DNA from: an uncultured Clostridia bacterium
Lineage (GTDB): Bacteria > Bacillota > Clostridia > Christensenellales > UBA1242
Length of the DNA stretch: 64,000 nucleotides
Direction of reading: 5' to 3'
Assembly: GCA_934772525.1 (NCBI GenBank)
Contig: CAKVMI010000001.1
Span: forward strand, 54,613-118,612
Below the pieces are notes generated by a model. The model did no database searches and was not told where the DNA came from. It worked only from the letters and a program-made list of their open reading frames with translations. Shown here in pieces: positions 1 through 8,802 of this stretch (position 1 is the first letter of the stretch; each line of letters opens with the position of its first letter). The position numbers were made by a program, and so were the translations under genes.

Positions 1-423
1 GTGGCGGTTAGTATATTTATTACATATGCAACAAATGATATTGCATCATATTTTAACTTAGAAACCAGTACGGCTGGCGTGCTATTTTTGGCAATAGCAA
101 CATCACTTCCAGAAGTAGTTTCAACTTTGGCACTTTGCTATAAGGGTAACTTTGATGCTTCATTTGGAAATATCTTAGGGTCGTGTTTATTTAATACACT
201 AGTACTTACTATCACGGAAATACTTTACTTTAAGGGTTCAATATTGGTTCCATTCGACTTTGCATCTATAAAACTTGTAATACTAAATTTTGTTTCTGTT
301 ATTGCAACTATTGCAATTTTGGTGATTAAAAAGCCAAATAAGCAGTTTAAAGGCGAAAGAGTCATAAATTATTTATTAAGTATAATTCTAATTTTAGCAT
401 ATTTCGTTTACTATATTATATAA
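1..423 (+). CDS. CaCA-family (YrbG-like) Na+/Ca2+ exchanger, C-terminal fragment; the 5' end lies outside the window
   Basis: ORF is open from the window edge. Polytopic hydrophobic sequence with alpha-repeat-like motifs ATSLPEVVST and GNILGSCLFNT. Followed by a hairpin plus T-run. Confidence 0.55.
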   Translation: MAVSIFITYATNDIASYFNLETSTAGVLFLAIATSLPEVVSTLALCYKGNFDASFGNILGSCLFNTLVLTITEILYFKGSILVPFDFASIKLVILNFVSVIATIAILVIKKPNKQFKGERVINYLLSIILILAYFVYYII

Positions 424-430
424 TGTGATT

Positions 431-461
431 AAGCCGTTAAAAGATTATTTAACGGCTTTTT
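431..461 (+). terminator. Rho-independent terminator after the exchanger gene
   Basis: Stem AAGCCGTTAAA / TTTAACGGCTT followed by a T-run. Confidence 0.7.
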
Positions 462-485
462 GTGTGCATTCAAAAGGTGTTTTAT

Positions 486-514
486 TTGACAATGATAACG
501 AAAATATTTATTAT
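486..514 (+). promoter_or_regulatory. Sigma-70-type promoter for the protease gene
   Basis: TTGACA, 17 nt spacer, TATTAT, about 20 nt upstream of the AAGGA RBS and ATG at 535. Confidence 0.5.
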
Positions 515-534
515 AAATATATAAGGAATATAAT

Positions 535-3180
535 ATGAAAAAATTTGGAAAAGCGTTATATGGTATAATTTTTGTTTGTTTGGTTGCCGTATTTTTAGGG
601 ACGGCAAATTTTAGTTTTGGTAAAGCGGAAAATATAAAGAATTATTCTACAACCATTGCAGATGAAAGTGGCAGTTCTTTCTTTGAGTCAAAATATGACC
701 CACGGTCAAAAACGTTTATAACTACAATAAAAAACCAAGGGCAGTTAGGGCTTTGTTGGGCGTATTCAATATTGGATAATATTGAAATAAATTTAAAGAA
801 AAATTTTAACTATGACGGAAAGTATAATTCTATAAATTTAAGCGAAAGAGATTTTGCATATTTTGTAAAAAATGGTAAAGATAACGACACTGGCAGTTTA
901 ACTTATGGAGATGGCGGAGATTGTTCTGGTATAGAGGACGAAAGTGCAAAATTAAATTTTATCTACAATGGCGGTGGAGATTTTATGCAAGCAATAGAAA
1001 CCGCAATTAGTGGCTTTGGTCTTAGAAATCAAGACTATGTAGAAAACACTAGTTCGGTAACTGGTTATTGCTTAAATTTACCAAGTGATATGGATAGTCG
1101 TAAAGACTCAATTTTAAATGTAACTGGTTTTCGTAACTATAAAACTACCGATAGTGATTTTTCTATTGAAAATATAAAAAGTGCAATATTAACAAATGGT
1201 TCGGTGCTGGCGTCATTTAAAATGGATAACCAAGATAGATATGTGCTTGATAGTTTTAATACGGCGGGCGATGGGAGTTATAATTTTTATATTCCAAGCG
1301 GTATATATACAGCAACCGACCACTTGCTAACAATAGTTGGTTGGGATGATAATTATAGCAGAGAAAATTTTTCTACTAAAGATGGGCATTCACTTCCAAC
1401 TAATAATGGAGCGTGGCTCGTAAAAAATTCTTGGGGAAGCGATTGGGGAGATGCTGGCTTTGTGTGGATATCCTATGAAGATTTTGGACCTTTAGTTAAT
1501 GGATATTTTTCTATAGAGATTTCTGAACGCAGTGAAGACCAAAATTTATATCAATATGATGTTGGTTTTTCAATGATGTTATCGGTTTCGGCGGGAAGTA
1601 TGGGAAGTTCTATTACTGCGGGTAATATTTTCTATAATAAAAGTAGCGAACAATTGCTAGATGGCGTAGGTTATTATATAATTGAAAATAGTACGACTAA
1701 TTCGGGAGTGACAACTCTATCCACAAACCAATCTGCAACAATAAAGGTATATGTAAGTTCTAGTAAGATGAAAACTCCAATAGATGGCAAAGAAGTTTTA
1801 ACTATTAATGACTCCGGAAGTGTAGGCACTTGTTATAGATATGTCAAATTTTCTGACGAGCAAAAGGTAAAGATTGAAAAAGGACAATATTTTTCGGTAG
1901 TTGTTACACTTAATTCACAAGGAAAAACCATATTAGCAGTAGAAGGTAAAAATAATGCTGGTTCATATAGAAGTTTTAATTCAGTTGAAGGAGCAAGTTT
2001 TATAAAGCAATCCAACTTTTGGGTGGATAGTTGCACAGGACGTGTGGTAAATGGAATCGAGGTAATTGATAACTACAAAGTAAATAATGTATGTATAAAA
2101 GCATATACTACGACCACCGAATGTAAGCACAATTATGTTACGCAAAGTCATGTAGTTGGAGATTGTACAATGTATGGTTATTTAATTAAAAAATGCACCT
2201 TGTGTGATAAGGTAATAACCGAAAGTGATAATACATTTGGACCACATTCTTTTGGAACAAAGCATATTGATGGAAATTGCATTAAAAAGGGGTACACAAC
2301 AAATTACTATTGCACAATTTGTGGGTATGATGCATCAACCGAAGATGAAACAAAACGAACATATGATGAAACTTATGGTGACCACCAGTTTGAAAGTATC
2401 AGTATTACAAATGGAGATTGTCATCATTATTCAACCGAAAAGCAAAGGTGCAAACTATGCGAATTAGTTAGAACAATAGACCGTGAAGATTTGGGGTATG
2501 GAGAGCATAATTTCAAAAAGTCGGAGAACTATGATAGCGATGGATTATATCGTTGTACTATAGATGATTGCACCGCTACATTTTCAAAAACTTTACAAAA
2601 CGAAAATGAATCTATTACTTTTAGTTCGGGTTTTGGTTATATAAATTTTCCGTATTCGGATATAAAAGATATTAAACAAATTGTTCTTTCTAATGATTAT
2701 GGTGAATGTATTGTAAATACAACTCTTTTTAACGATGTTATTAGTACAGACACAAAATTGACTATACTACTAGAAAAAATAGAGAGTTTAGGTGATATTC
2801 AATTTGAAGATACCAATAAATTTTTATCCTTAAACAAATTCAGAGTCGAAATTAGATTGAATAATAATATAATAACAACCCTAAATGACTTTGTAAAAGT
2901 TGTGATTCCACTACAAATAGAGAGTGATAAAATTTATGAATTGTACGTGCAGAACGAAAAAGGTTTTATTAAAAGTAATTCTTTAACAATTATCGACGGA
3001 GAAAAAATAGAAGCGGGGGTATTTAATTCGGGCGTTATACTGATTGGAGTTTTGCAAAAAGAAGTAAAGTATAGTTTAAAACTGAAAGATTATTTAATCA
3101 TTTTTGGGACACTTTTGGGCGTGGTTATTGTTGGTGAGGGTGTTGCAATTTGTATAAAAAGAAAGAAAAAAACTGAATAA
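535..3180 (+). CDS. Secreted, membrane-anchored papain-like (C1 family) cysteine protease with Cys-rich modules and a C-terminal TM helix (881 aa)
   Basis: N-terminal signal/TM segment. Active-site context QGQLGLCWAYS, plus DHLLTIVGWD and NSWGSDWGDAGFVWISYED (His/Asn/Trp region of papain-like peptidases). C-terminal hydrophobic helix followed by KRKKK. Confidence 0.8.
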   Translation: MKKFGKALYGIIFVCLVAVFLGTANFSFGKAENIKNYSTTIADESGSSFFESKYDPRSKTFITTIKNQGQLGLCWAYSILDNIEINLKKNFNYDGKYNSINLSERDFAYFVKNGKDNDTGSLTYGDGGDCSGIEDESAKLNFIYNGGGDFMQAIETAISGFGLRNQDYVENTSSVTGYCLNLPSDMDSRKDSILNVTGFRNYKTTDSDFSIENIKSAILTNGSVLASFKMDNQDRYVLDSFNTAGDGSYNFYIPSGIYTATDHLLTIVGWDDNYSRENFSTKDGHSLPTNNGAWLVKNSWGSDWGDAGFVWISYEDFGPLVNGYFSIEISERSEDQNLYQYDVGFSMMLSVSAGSMGSSITAGNIFYNKSSEQLLDGVGYYIIENSTTNSGVTTLSTNQSATIKVYVSSSKMKTPIDGKEVLTINDSGSVGTCYRYVKFSDEQKVKIEKGQYFSVVVTLNSQGKTILAVEGKNNAGSYRSFNSVEGASFIKQSNFWVDSCTGRVVNGIEVIDNYKVNNVCIKAYTTTTECKHNYVTQSHVVGDCTMYGYLIKKCTLCDKVITESDNTFGPHSFGTKHIDGNCIKKGYTTNYYCTICGYDASTEDETKRTYDETYGDHQFESISITNGDCHHYSTEKQRCKLCELVRTIDREDLGYGEHNFKKSENYDSDGLYRCTIDDCTATFSKTLQNENESITFSSGFGYINFPYSDIKDIKQIVLSNDYGECIVNTTLFNDVISTDTKLTILLEKIESLGDIQFEDTNKFLSLNKFRVEIRLNNNIITTLNDFVKVVIPLQIESDKIYELYVQNEKGFIKSNSLTIIDGEKIEAGVFNSGVILIGVLQKEVKYSLKLKDYLIIFGTLLGVVIVGEGVAICIKRKKKTE

Positions 3181-3184
3181 AAAT

Positions 3185-3229
3185 TAGTCCGTAAATTTAC
3201 AAAATTGTAAAATTTGCGGACTATTTTTT
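3185..3229 (+). terminator. Rho-independent terminator after the protease gene
   Basis: Long hairpin TAGTCCG...CGGACTA followed by TTTTTT. Confidence 0.7.
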
Positions 3230-3414
3230 ATGCTATTTTGATATTAATTTTGGTTATAAATTTGCAGTGGTTTTTGGTTTAACTTACTAATCGAAAAGGG
3301 TTTGTGTGGTCAAAAATAGGTAAATTTCGACCCAAAAATAGAATTAAAATTAAACAAAATAATAAAATTTTGTAAATTTGCTACAATTTAAGTTGTTTTT
3401 TTACTTTAAAAATT

Positions 3415-4281
3415 TTACTCAAATTCTCTTGATTTTGCATGAAAATAAATTGCCATTGTGCCAGGGCCAGAGTGATTAGTGACAAGTGCGGATAAACTCA
3501 TTATGTACGGTGCAACACCTAATTTTTCTTTAACCATATCTGCTAAAACTTTTGCTTCGTCTTCACAATCTGCGTGGGTGATAAAAATAGTATCAAACTT
3601 ATTTGAATAATATTCAGCAGTTTTTTCTGCTAGAGTTGCAATTGCTTTTTTTCTAGAAATGACTTTTTGTGCGGGAACAATTACGCCTTCTTTAGATAAC
3701 CTTAAGATTGGCTTAATTTTTAAAATTGTACCAAGTACGGCTGAAGAGGTGGAAATTCTTCCGCCACGCTTTAAGTACTTTAAGTCGTCAACGGTAAATA
3801 TATGGGCGATGTTGAGTTTTATTGATTCGGCAAAATTTATGGCATCGGTTATACTTAGGTCTTTTGATATTATTTCGTCGGCAGTTAATTTGATAAGTAG
3901 TCCAACGCCACCAGATTGACAAAGGGTATCAATTACATAAATTTTATTTTCGTTTGTGGCATTTAATTCTTCGGCAACCTTTTTGAAATTGTTGTAGGTG
4001 TTGCTCATAGCACTTGAGAAACTAAAATGTAAAATATCTTTACCTTGTTTTAATAATTCTTCTAGATATTCCTTTGCGTCATTTTCATTTATTTGAGTTG
4101 TTTTTGTGGACGCACCTTCTCTCATAAATTTACAAACTTGTTCGCTCGAAAAGTTTTTATCATCTGACCGAAATTCTTGTCCGTTGATATAAAAAAGCAT
4201 AGGTGCTATTTGTAAATTGTATTTATTAATTAATTCTTGTGGCATATCGCATGCACATTCTGTACTTAGTAAAAAATTCAT
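3415..4281 (-). CDS. DegV-family fatty-acid-binding protein
   Basis: About 290 aa with the DegV hallmark LKYLKRGGRIS and family-typical length. Start moved to the ATG at 4281, which is preceded by AAGGAG. Confidence 0.7.
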   Translation of the reverse strand: MNFLLSTECACDMPQELINKYNLQIAPMLFYINGQEFRSDDKNFSSEQVCKFMREGASTKTTQINENDAKEYLEELLKQGKDILHFSFSSAMSNTYNNFKKVAEELNATNENKIYVIDTLCQSGGVGLLIKLTADEIISKDLSITDAINFAESIKLNIAHIFTVDDLKYLKRGGRISTSSAVLGTILKIKPILRLSKEGVIVPAQKVISRKKAIATLAEKTAEYYSNKFDTIFITHADCEDEAKVLADMVKEKLGVAPYIMSLSALVTNHSGPGTMAIYFHAKSREFE

Positions 4282-4477
4282 AATTTTTCTCCTTTTAAAT
4301 TTTGTACAATACAAGTTTATGATTAATTAGTTTGAAACTCAATCTATTGTAAATAAAGTTTAGTCTACTAAAAATCAAAACAAAATAGAGTAAAAATATT
4401 GCCACTCTATTGTGAGTGGAGTAAAAAATAGTTAAATTTTAGTTGTAAATTGGCTATACAATTTGTATAATTAAGTT

Positions 4478-5110
4478 ATGGAAAATTTAGAAGATGTAAA
4501 GCAAATTATTGCTAAAAACTTAATAAGTTATAGAACAGATGCTGGGCTTACTCAGTCTGAATTGGCTGAGAAGATTAATTACACCGACAAGTCAATTTCC
4601 AAGTGGGAAAGGGGGCTTGGAATTCCAGACGTACTAGTTTTAAAACAACTTGCTAACCTTTATGGAATTAAGGTTGATGATTTTTTTGTAGAAAATGAAA
4701 ATACATCAAGGGTAGTGCTTAATCAAAATAGCAAAAAGAGCAGTAGAGTTCTAATAACGCTTTTATCAGGAGGGCTAGTTTGGTTGATTGCAACGCTTGT
4801 GTTTGTTGTATTGCTTTGGTGCAATATAGATAGAGCGTGGTTATCATTTATAGTTGCAATACCAGCATTTTTTATAGTATTAATAGTTTTTTCTGCACTT
4901 TGGGGAAAAATTTGGCAAACTGCTATATGTGTGAGTGTTCTTGTTTGGACTATAGCACTTTCGGGGTATTTAATTTTTTATTGGACAAGTGCTGAACTAT
5001 TGTTCTTTATTTGTATACCACTACAAGTGCTTATAATCATGTGGTATGTACTTGAATATATAATTAAGAAAAGAAGAAAAAATAAACCAACAACTAAACT
5101 AAAAGGCTAA
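4478..5110 (+). CDS. XRE-family HTH regulator fused to a multi-pass membrane domain
   Basis: N-terminal LTQSELAEKINYTDKSISKWERG helix-turn-helix. The C-terminal half has about 4 hydrophobic helices. Confidence 0.7.
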   Translation: MENLEDVKQIIAKNLISYRTDAGLTQSELAEKINYTDKSISKWERGLGIPDVLVLKQLANLYGIKVDDFFVENENTSRVVLNQNSKKSSRVLITLLSGGLVWLIATLVFVVLLWCNIDRAWLSFIVAIPAFFIVLIVFSALWGKIWQTAICVSVLVWTIALSGYLIFYWTSAELLFFICIPLQVLIIMWYVLEYIIKKRRKNKPTTKLKG

Positions 5111-5197
5111 TTTTCGACAATTTACAAAATAAACCGCATTTACAAATTAGATTGATTGATTGATAATATAATCAATCAATTTTTTTTTGGAGTAAAA

Positions 5198-5983
5198 ATG
5201 GGAAAAGTAATTGTTGTGACATCGGGTAAAGGTGGTGTCGGCAAAACTACAGTTTTGGCAAACTTAGGTATTATGCTTGCGACTTGTGGTAAAATGGTTT
5301 GCTTGGTTGATGCCGATGTGGGACTTAATAATTTAGATGTTGTAATAGGTGTAGAAAACCGAATAGTTTATGATTTGATTGATTGTATGGAAGGGCGGTG
5401 TAGACCCGAACAAGCATTGTTGCAAGTTCCTTTTTTGGATAAATTATTTGTTTTGCCAAGTTGCAAACTCGTCACTAATAAACGCATTGCAACAGAAAAA
5501 TTTAGTGAAGTTATAGATGAATTAAAAAATAGTTTTGATTTTATATTGATTGATTGTCCGGCGGGCATTGGAAGTGGTTTTTATATGGCAACAGAACCAA
5601 GTGATAGTGCACTAGTTGTGGTAACTCCATCTATTGCATCTATTAGGGACGCGGATAAGGTTATTCAGTTATTAAAAGCTAACCAAATACATGAAATCAA
5701 TTTAGTGGTAAATAGGATTGAAAGAAGTAAAGTCTTGAAAAATGAAATGTTAGACGCCGACCAAATAGAAGAACTTTTGTGCGTTAAGATGATTGGGATA
5801 ATTCCCGAAAGTGATGAATTAAATATGTACAATTCATTTTTAACAAAGGGTGCAGAATTTTCAGATGAAAATATAAAATATGCATTTGGAATACTATGTA
5901 AAAATTGTATGGCGGGAACTTATGAAAAGTTTAACTATTTAGCAAAACGGAGTTGGTTATTAAGTTTATTTAAAAGGTGTTAA
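5198..5983 (+). CDS. minD: Septum site-determining ATPase MinD
   Basis: Deviant Walker A VVTSGKGGVGKTT. Start set at the ATG at 5198 after a GGAG RBS. Followed directly by minE. Confidence 0.85.
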   Translation: MGKVIVVTSGKGGVGKTTVLANLGIMLATCGKMVCLVDADVGLNNLDVVIGVENRIVYDLIDCMEGRCRPEQALLQVPFLDKLFVLPSCKLVTNKRIATEKFSEVIDELKNSFDFILIDCPAGIGSGFYMATEPSDSALVVVTPSIASIRDADKVIQLLKANQIHEINLVVNRIERSKVLKNEMLDADQIEELLCVKMIGIIPESDELNMYNSFLTKGAEFSDENIKYAFGILCKNCMAGTYEKFNYLAKRSWLLSLFKRC

Positions 5984-5987
5984 TAAT

Positions 5988-6227
5988 ATGAGTTATATAG
6001 ATAGAGCGTGTGAAAGAATTAAACAGTGTTTGGATATAGATAAAAATATTTGTCCTGCAAATATTAGTTCGGCGGTAAAAGCTGAAGTTAGTGAAGTTTT
6101 GGTAAACTATATGGATTTAAAGAGTTTAGATTTTAGAGTAAAACGAAATAGTGATGGAACTTTTATGATTGCGGTGGTTGGAAAAGTTGATTCCTTTTAT
6201 TCGTTAAAATCTAGTATGATAGATTAA
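5988..6227 (+). CDS. minE: Cell division topological specificity factor MinE (79 aa)
   Basis: Size and position immediately after minD, 4 nt downstream. Assignment rests mainly on synteny. Confidence 0.6.
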   Translation: MSYIDRACERIKQCLDIDKNICPANISSAVKAEVSEVLVNYMDLKSLDFRVKRNSDGTFMIAVVGKVDSFYSLKSSMID

Positions 6228-6277
6228 CAAAATTTTTGTTTTAGTATAAATTAATAAAGAAAAAAATATATATTAAT

Positions 6278-6766
6278 ATGAAGCGATTTAAAAAAATCGG
6301 AGTCATAGCGTTTTTAGTATTGATGTTTAGCAGTGAATGTATATATATTTTTGATATAAAATTATCATTATTTAATACTAAAAATGTAAGTTACTCTGAG
6401 AGTGTGGGGCAAGAAGTATACTCAGATGATTTTTTTGGTATAGTGTACCCTTGCGAAATAAAATCATTTGAAGAAACTTCAGATGGTTTTATTGCTATGC
6501 ACACAAACCCAAAGTCTTTTATTGTTGCTCCGTTAAAAATGGAATGCGATATTGTAGAAGCGTATGGAATGAAGGGGTTGCATTTTGAACGCTTTGGTTT
6601 TGATTGCTATTTTTATGGTTTTGATTATTTTGCTATTAAGAGTGGTGCAAAGTGTAAGTCGGGTGATATTCTAGGTAGTATAGTGGGTGATATACTATAT
6701 GTAAGAGTATATAGAAATGAAAATAGGGTTAGTTTAAAGAGTTTATCTAGGTTGCTTGGTGGTTAA
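6278..6766 (+). CDS. Membrane-anchored degenerate LytM/M23-like protein in the SpoIVFA position
   Basis: N-terminal TM helix. The C-terminal region (KSGDILGSIVGDILYVRVYRNENRV) resembles a degenerate M23 barrel. Overlaps the following M50 protease gene, as spoIVFA/spoIVFB do in Bacillus. Confidence 0.4.
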   Translation: MKRFKKIGVIAFLVLMFSSECIYIFDIKLSLFNTKNVSYSESVGQEVYSDDFFGIVYPCEIKSFEETSDGFIAMHTNPKSFIVAPLKMECDIVEAYGMKGLHFERFGFDCYFYGFDYFAIKSGAKCKSGDILGSIVGDILYVRVYRNENRVSLKSLSRLLGG

Positions 6767-7649
6767 AATTAATTCAAAAAACAAATCAAGGTTTCCGCTT
6801 TCTATTCACCCACTTTTTATATTGTTCGGCGTATATTGCTATTTTACCGGAAGGCTTATAACATTTTTGTGTTATACGGTGTCGGCTCTAATTCACGAGT
6901 TTGGACATTTCTTAGTGGCAAAAAATTTAGGATACAAATTGCTAAAAGTTCGACTTTTGCCATATGGGGCAGAGCTATGTGGAAACCTAGATGAATTTTT
7001 GTATAAAGATGAAATAATAGTTGCGGTTGCGGGACCGATTACAAGTATTTTGCTTTCACTTACTATTGTTGCGTTTTGGTGGATAAATCCTAATATTTAC
7101 AATTTTACTATTGAAATGTGCGTTTCTAGTATGGTTTGTGGTGTGTTTAACTTTCTTCCGATTTTTCCGCTTGACGGTGGTAGGGTTTTATTGTCCTTTT
7201 TAAGTATGAAAATGGATAGAAAAACCGCCGTAAAATATGCGTATATTGTTACTAGGTTTTTTGCTTTAGGACTCATGATTTTATTCGTTTTGTCAATATT
7301 TTATACATTTAATATAACATTTGGAATTTTGGGCTTTATGCTTTTTTATTCGTCTGTAAAACAAAATTCGGAGTGTAGTTATTTTAGATTAATTTCTATT
7401 AAAGATAAAATTTTTGATAAAGATAAGGTTTTAAATATTCAGTACGCAGTTGTAAATCAAGATATGCCAGTTTATAAAATAATGCGAAAAATAAAGGCTC
7501 AATCTTTTTATTATTTCGTTGTTGTAGATGAAAGTCTAAATGAAATGTTTACTATAAAAGAAAGTGTTTTTTGTGATATTAGCACAGAAGAGATGAAGGA
7601 GCCTATAAAACAATTAAAGTCGAAAAGGAATTTTGTTATAAAACAATAA
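6756..7649 (+). CDS. M50 site-2 metalloprotease (SpoIVFB-like) with a C-terminal CBS-like domain
   Basis: HEFGH zinc motif in a TM helix and the NFLPIFPLDGGRV motif. TTG/GTG start overlaps the upstream gene. Confidence 0.75.
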   Translation: MVVKINSKNKSRFPLSIHPLFILFGVYCYFTGRLITFLCYTVSALIHEFGHFLVAKNLGYKLLKVRLLPYGAELCGNLDEFLYKDEIIVAVAGPITSILLSLTIVAFWWINPNIYNFTIEMCVSSMVCGVFNFLPIFPLDGGRVLLSFLSMKMDRKTAVKYAYIVTRFFALGLMILFVLSIFYTFNITFGILGFMLFYSSVKQNSECSYFRLISIKDKIFDKDKVLNIQYAVVNQDMPVYKIMRKIKAQSFYYFVVVDESLNEMFTIKESVFCDISTEEMKEPIKQLKSKRNFVIKQ

Positions 7650-7680
7650 CGAAATTTTTCTAATTATTAGTTATTTGCCG

Positions 7681-7709
7681 TTGACAAAATTTAAAAGATA
7701 TGCTAAAAT
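7681..7709 (+). promoter_or_regulatory. Promoter of the rplU-prp-rpmA operon
   Basis: TTGACA, 17 nt spacer, TAAAAT. Confidence 0.65.
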
Positions 7710-7715
7710 ACTTCA

Positions 7716-7800
7716 CGAGCCACTCGGAAAGGGTTTATTTTTTAAGTGTAAAAATTTTTACCACCCACACGGTGAGACTGGTAAGAGGAGGATTTCAAGA
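7716..7800 (+). promoter_or_regulatory. Possible ribosomal-protein L21 leader (5' UTR)
   Basis: About 85-nt untranslated leader between the promoter and the rplU ATG, with small hairpins (e.g. CACC-CACAC-GGTG). L21 leaders are known in Firmicutes, but I cannot verify the fold here. Confidence 0.3.
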
Positions 7801-8106
7801 ATGTACGCTATTGTAGAAGCTGGTGGCAAGCAACAAAAGGCAGAAGTTGGCAGATTTTTTAAGACTGAAAAGATCAACGCAGAAGTTGGATCTAAGGTTG
7901 AATTAAAGTGCTTACTATTTGTTGATGACAACGGTAATGTTAAGTCTGGTTCAGACGCTAATGGCATTAAGGTTGTTGCCGAAGTTTTAGAAAATGGTAA
8001 AGAAGACAAGATTTTGGTTTACAAGTACAAAGCTAAGAAGAACGAACATCGTAGACAAGGTCATCGTCAACCATATACTAAGCTAAAAGTCGTTTCTATT
8101 GGTTAA
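7801..8106 (+). CDS. rplU: 50S ribosomal protein L21
   Basis: MYAIVEAGGKQQK start preceded by a GAGGAGG RBS. The ORF-track N-terminal extension is rejected. Confidence 0.9.
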   Translation: MYAIVEAGGKQQKAEVGRFFKTEKINAEVGSKVELKCLLFVDDNGNVKSGSDANGIKVVAEVLENGKEDKILVYKYKAKKNEHRRQGHRQPYTKLKVVSIG

Positions 8107-8111
8107 TTATT

Positions 8112-8447
8112 ATGACTAATGTAACGATTGAAAAAAAAGGAAATAGCATCAAGAAAATTACTTGTGACGGACACACCAACTATGGAGAAAAAGGGGAAGA
8201 TATTGTTTGTTCTGCTTTGTCGAGTATAGTTCAAACGGCGTTAATGGGAATATTAATTGTCGCTGGTGTAAATGCCAAAACAAAAAGGAATGACGACGAT
8301 GGATTTTTGTCTATTGAAATTCCTAGCGGGTTGGATGAGAACACACAACATGATGTTGATGTCATAACAAAAACAATGCTTCTTGGTATTTCCGATTTGA
8401 ATGAAGGATTTTCAGATTATATTGAATTGGAGGTAATAAACTTATGA
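8112..8447 (+). CDS. prp: Ribosomal-processing cysteine protease Prp (YsxB family)
   Basis: Sits between rplU and rpmA. Contains the CDGH...VCSALS Cys/His motifs. Confidence 0.8.
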   Translation: MTNVTIEKKGNSIKKITCDGHTNYGEKGEDIVCSALSSIVQTALMGILIVAGVNAKTKRNDDDGFLSIEIPSGLDENTQHDVDVITKTMLLGISDLNEGFSDYIELEVINL

Positions 8448-8716
8448 TGTTTATGAACATACAGTTATTCGCTCACAAAAAGGGCGGTGGCTCTACAAAG
8501 AATGGTAGAGATAGTAATGCTCAAAGATTAGGCGTTAAAGCTTACGCTGGTGAAACTGTTTCTGCTGGTAGCATAATCATTCGTCAAAGAGGAACAAAGG
8601 TTCATCCAGGAACTAATGTTGGTATTGGCGATGATGACACCTTGTATGCAAAAAAGACTGGTGTTGTTAAATTTGAAAGAGTCGGCAAAGACCGCAAGAA
8701 AGTAAGCGTTATGTAA
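8444..8716 (+). CDS. rpmA: 50S ribosomal protein L27 with an N-terminal propeptide
   Basis: [20 protein letters not shown]: a Prp cleavage-type extension ahead of the conserved L27 N-terminus. Confidence 0.9.
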   Translation: MMFMNIQLFAHKKGGGSTKNGRDSNAQRLGVKAYAGETVSAGSIIIRQRGTKVHPGTNVGIGDDDTLYAKKTGVVKFERVGKDRKKVSVM

Positions 8717-8730
8717 CTTTAATAAATAAA

Positions 8731-8756
8731 CTTCCAAGAAAACTTGGGAGTTTTTT
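8731..8756 (+). terminator. Terminator after rpmA
   Basis: Stem CTTCCAAG / CTTGGGAG followed by TTTTTT. Confidence 0.6.
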
Positions 8757-8802
8757 AAGTTCTTAATGGTAGCACTTTGTTTGCTATAACAGGAAAAGTG
8801 AT

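Noticed and set aside
5149-5190. ATTGATTGAT...ATCAATCAAT palindrome plus T9 upstream of minD, considered as a possible regulatory operator.
   Set aside because: It is most simply the all-A/T-stem intrinsic terminator of the upstream XRE gene. There is no second copy or other supporting feature.
7675-7800. N-terminal 42-aa extension of the rplU ORF.
   Set aside because: The canonical L21 N-terminus MYAIVEAGGKQ starts at 7801 behind a GAGGAGG RBS. The extension also overlaps the operon promoter.
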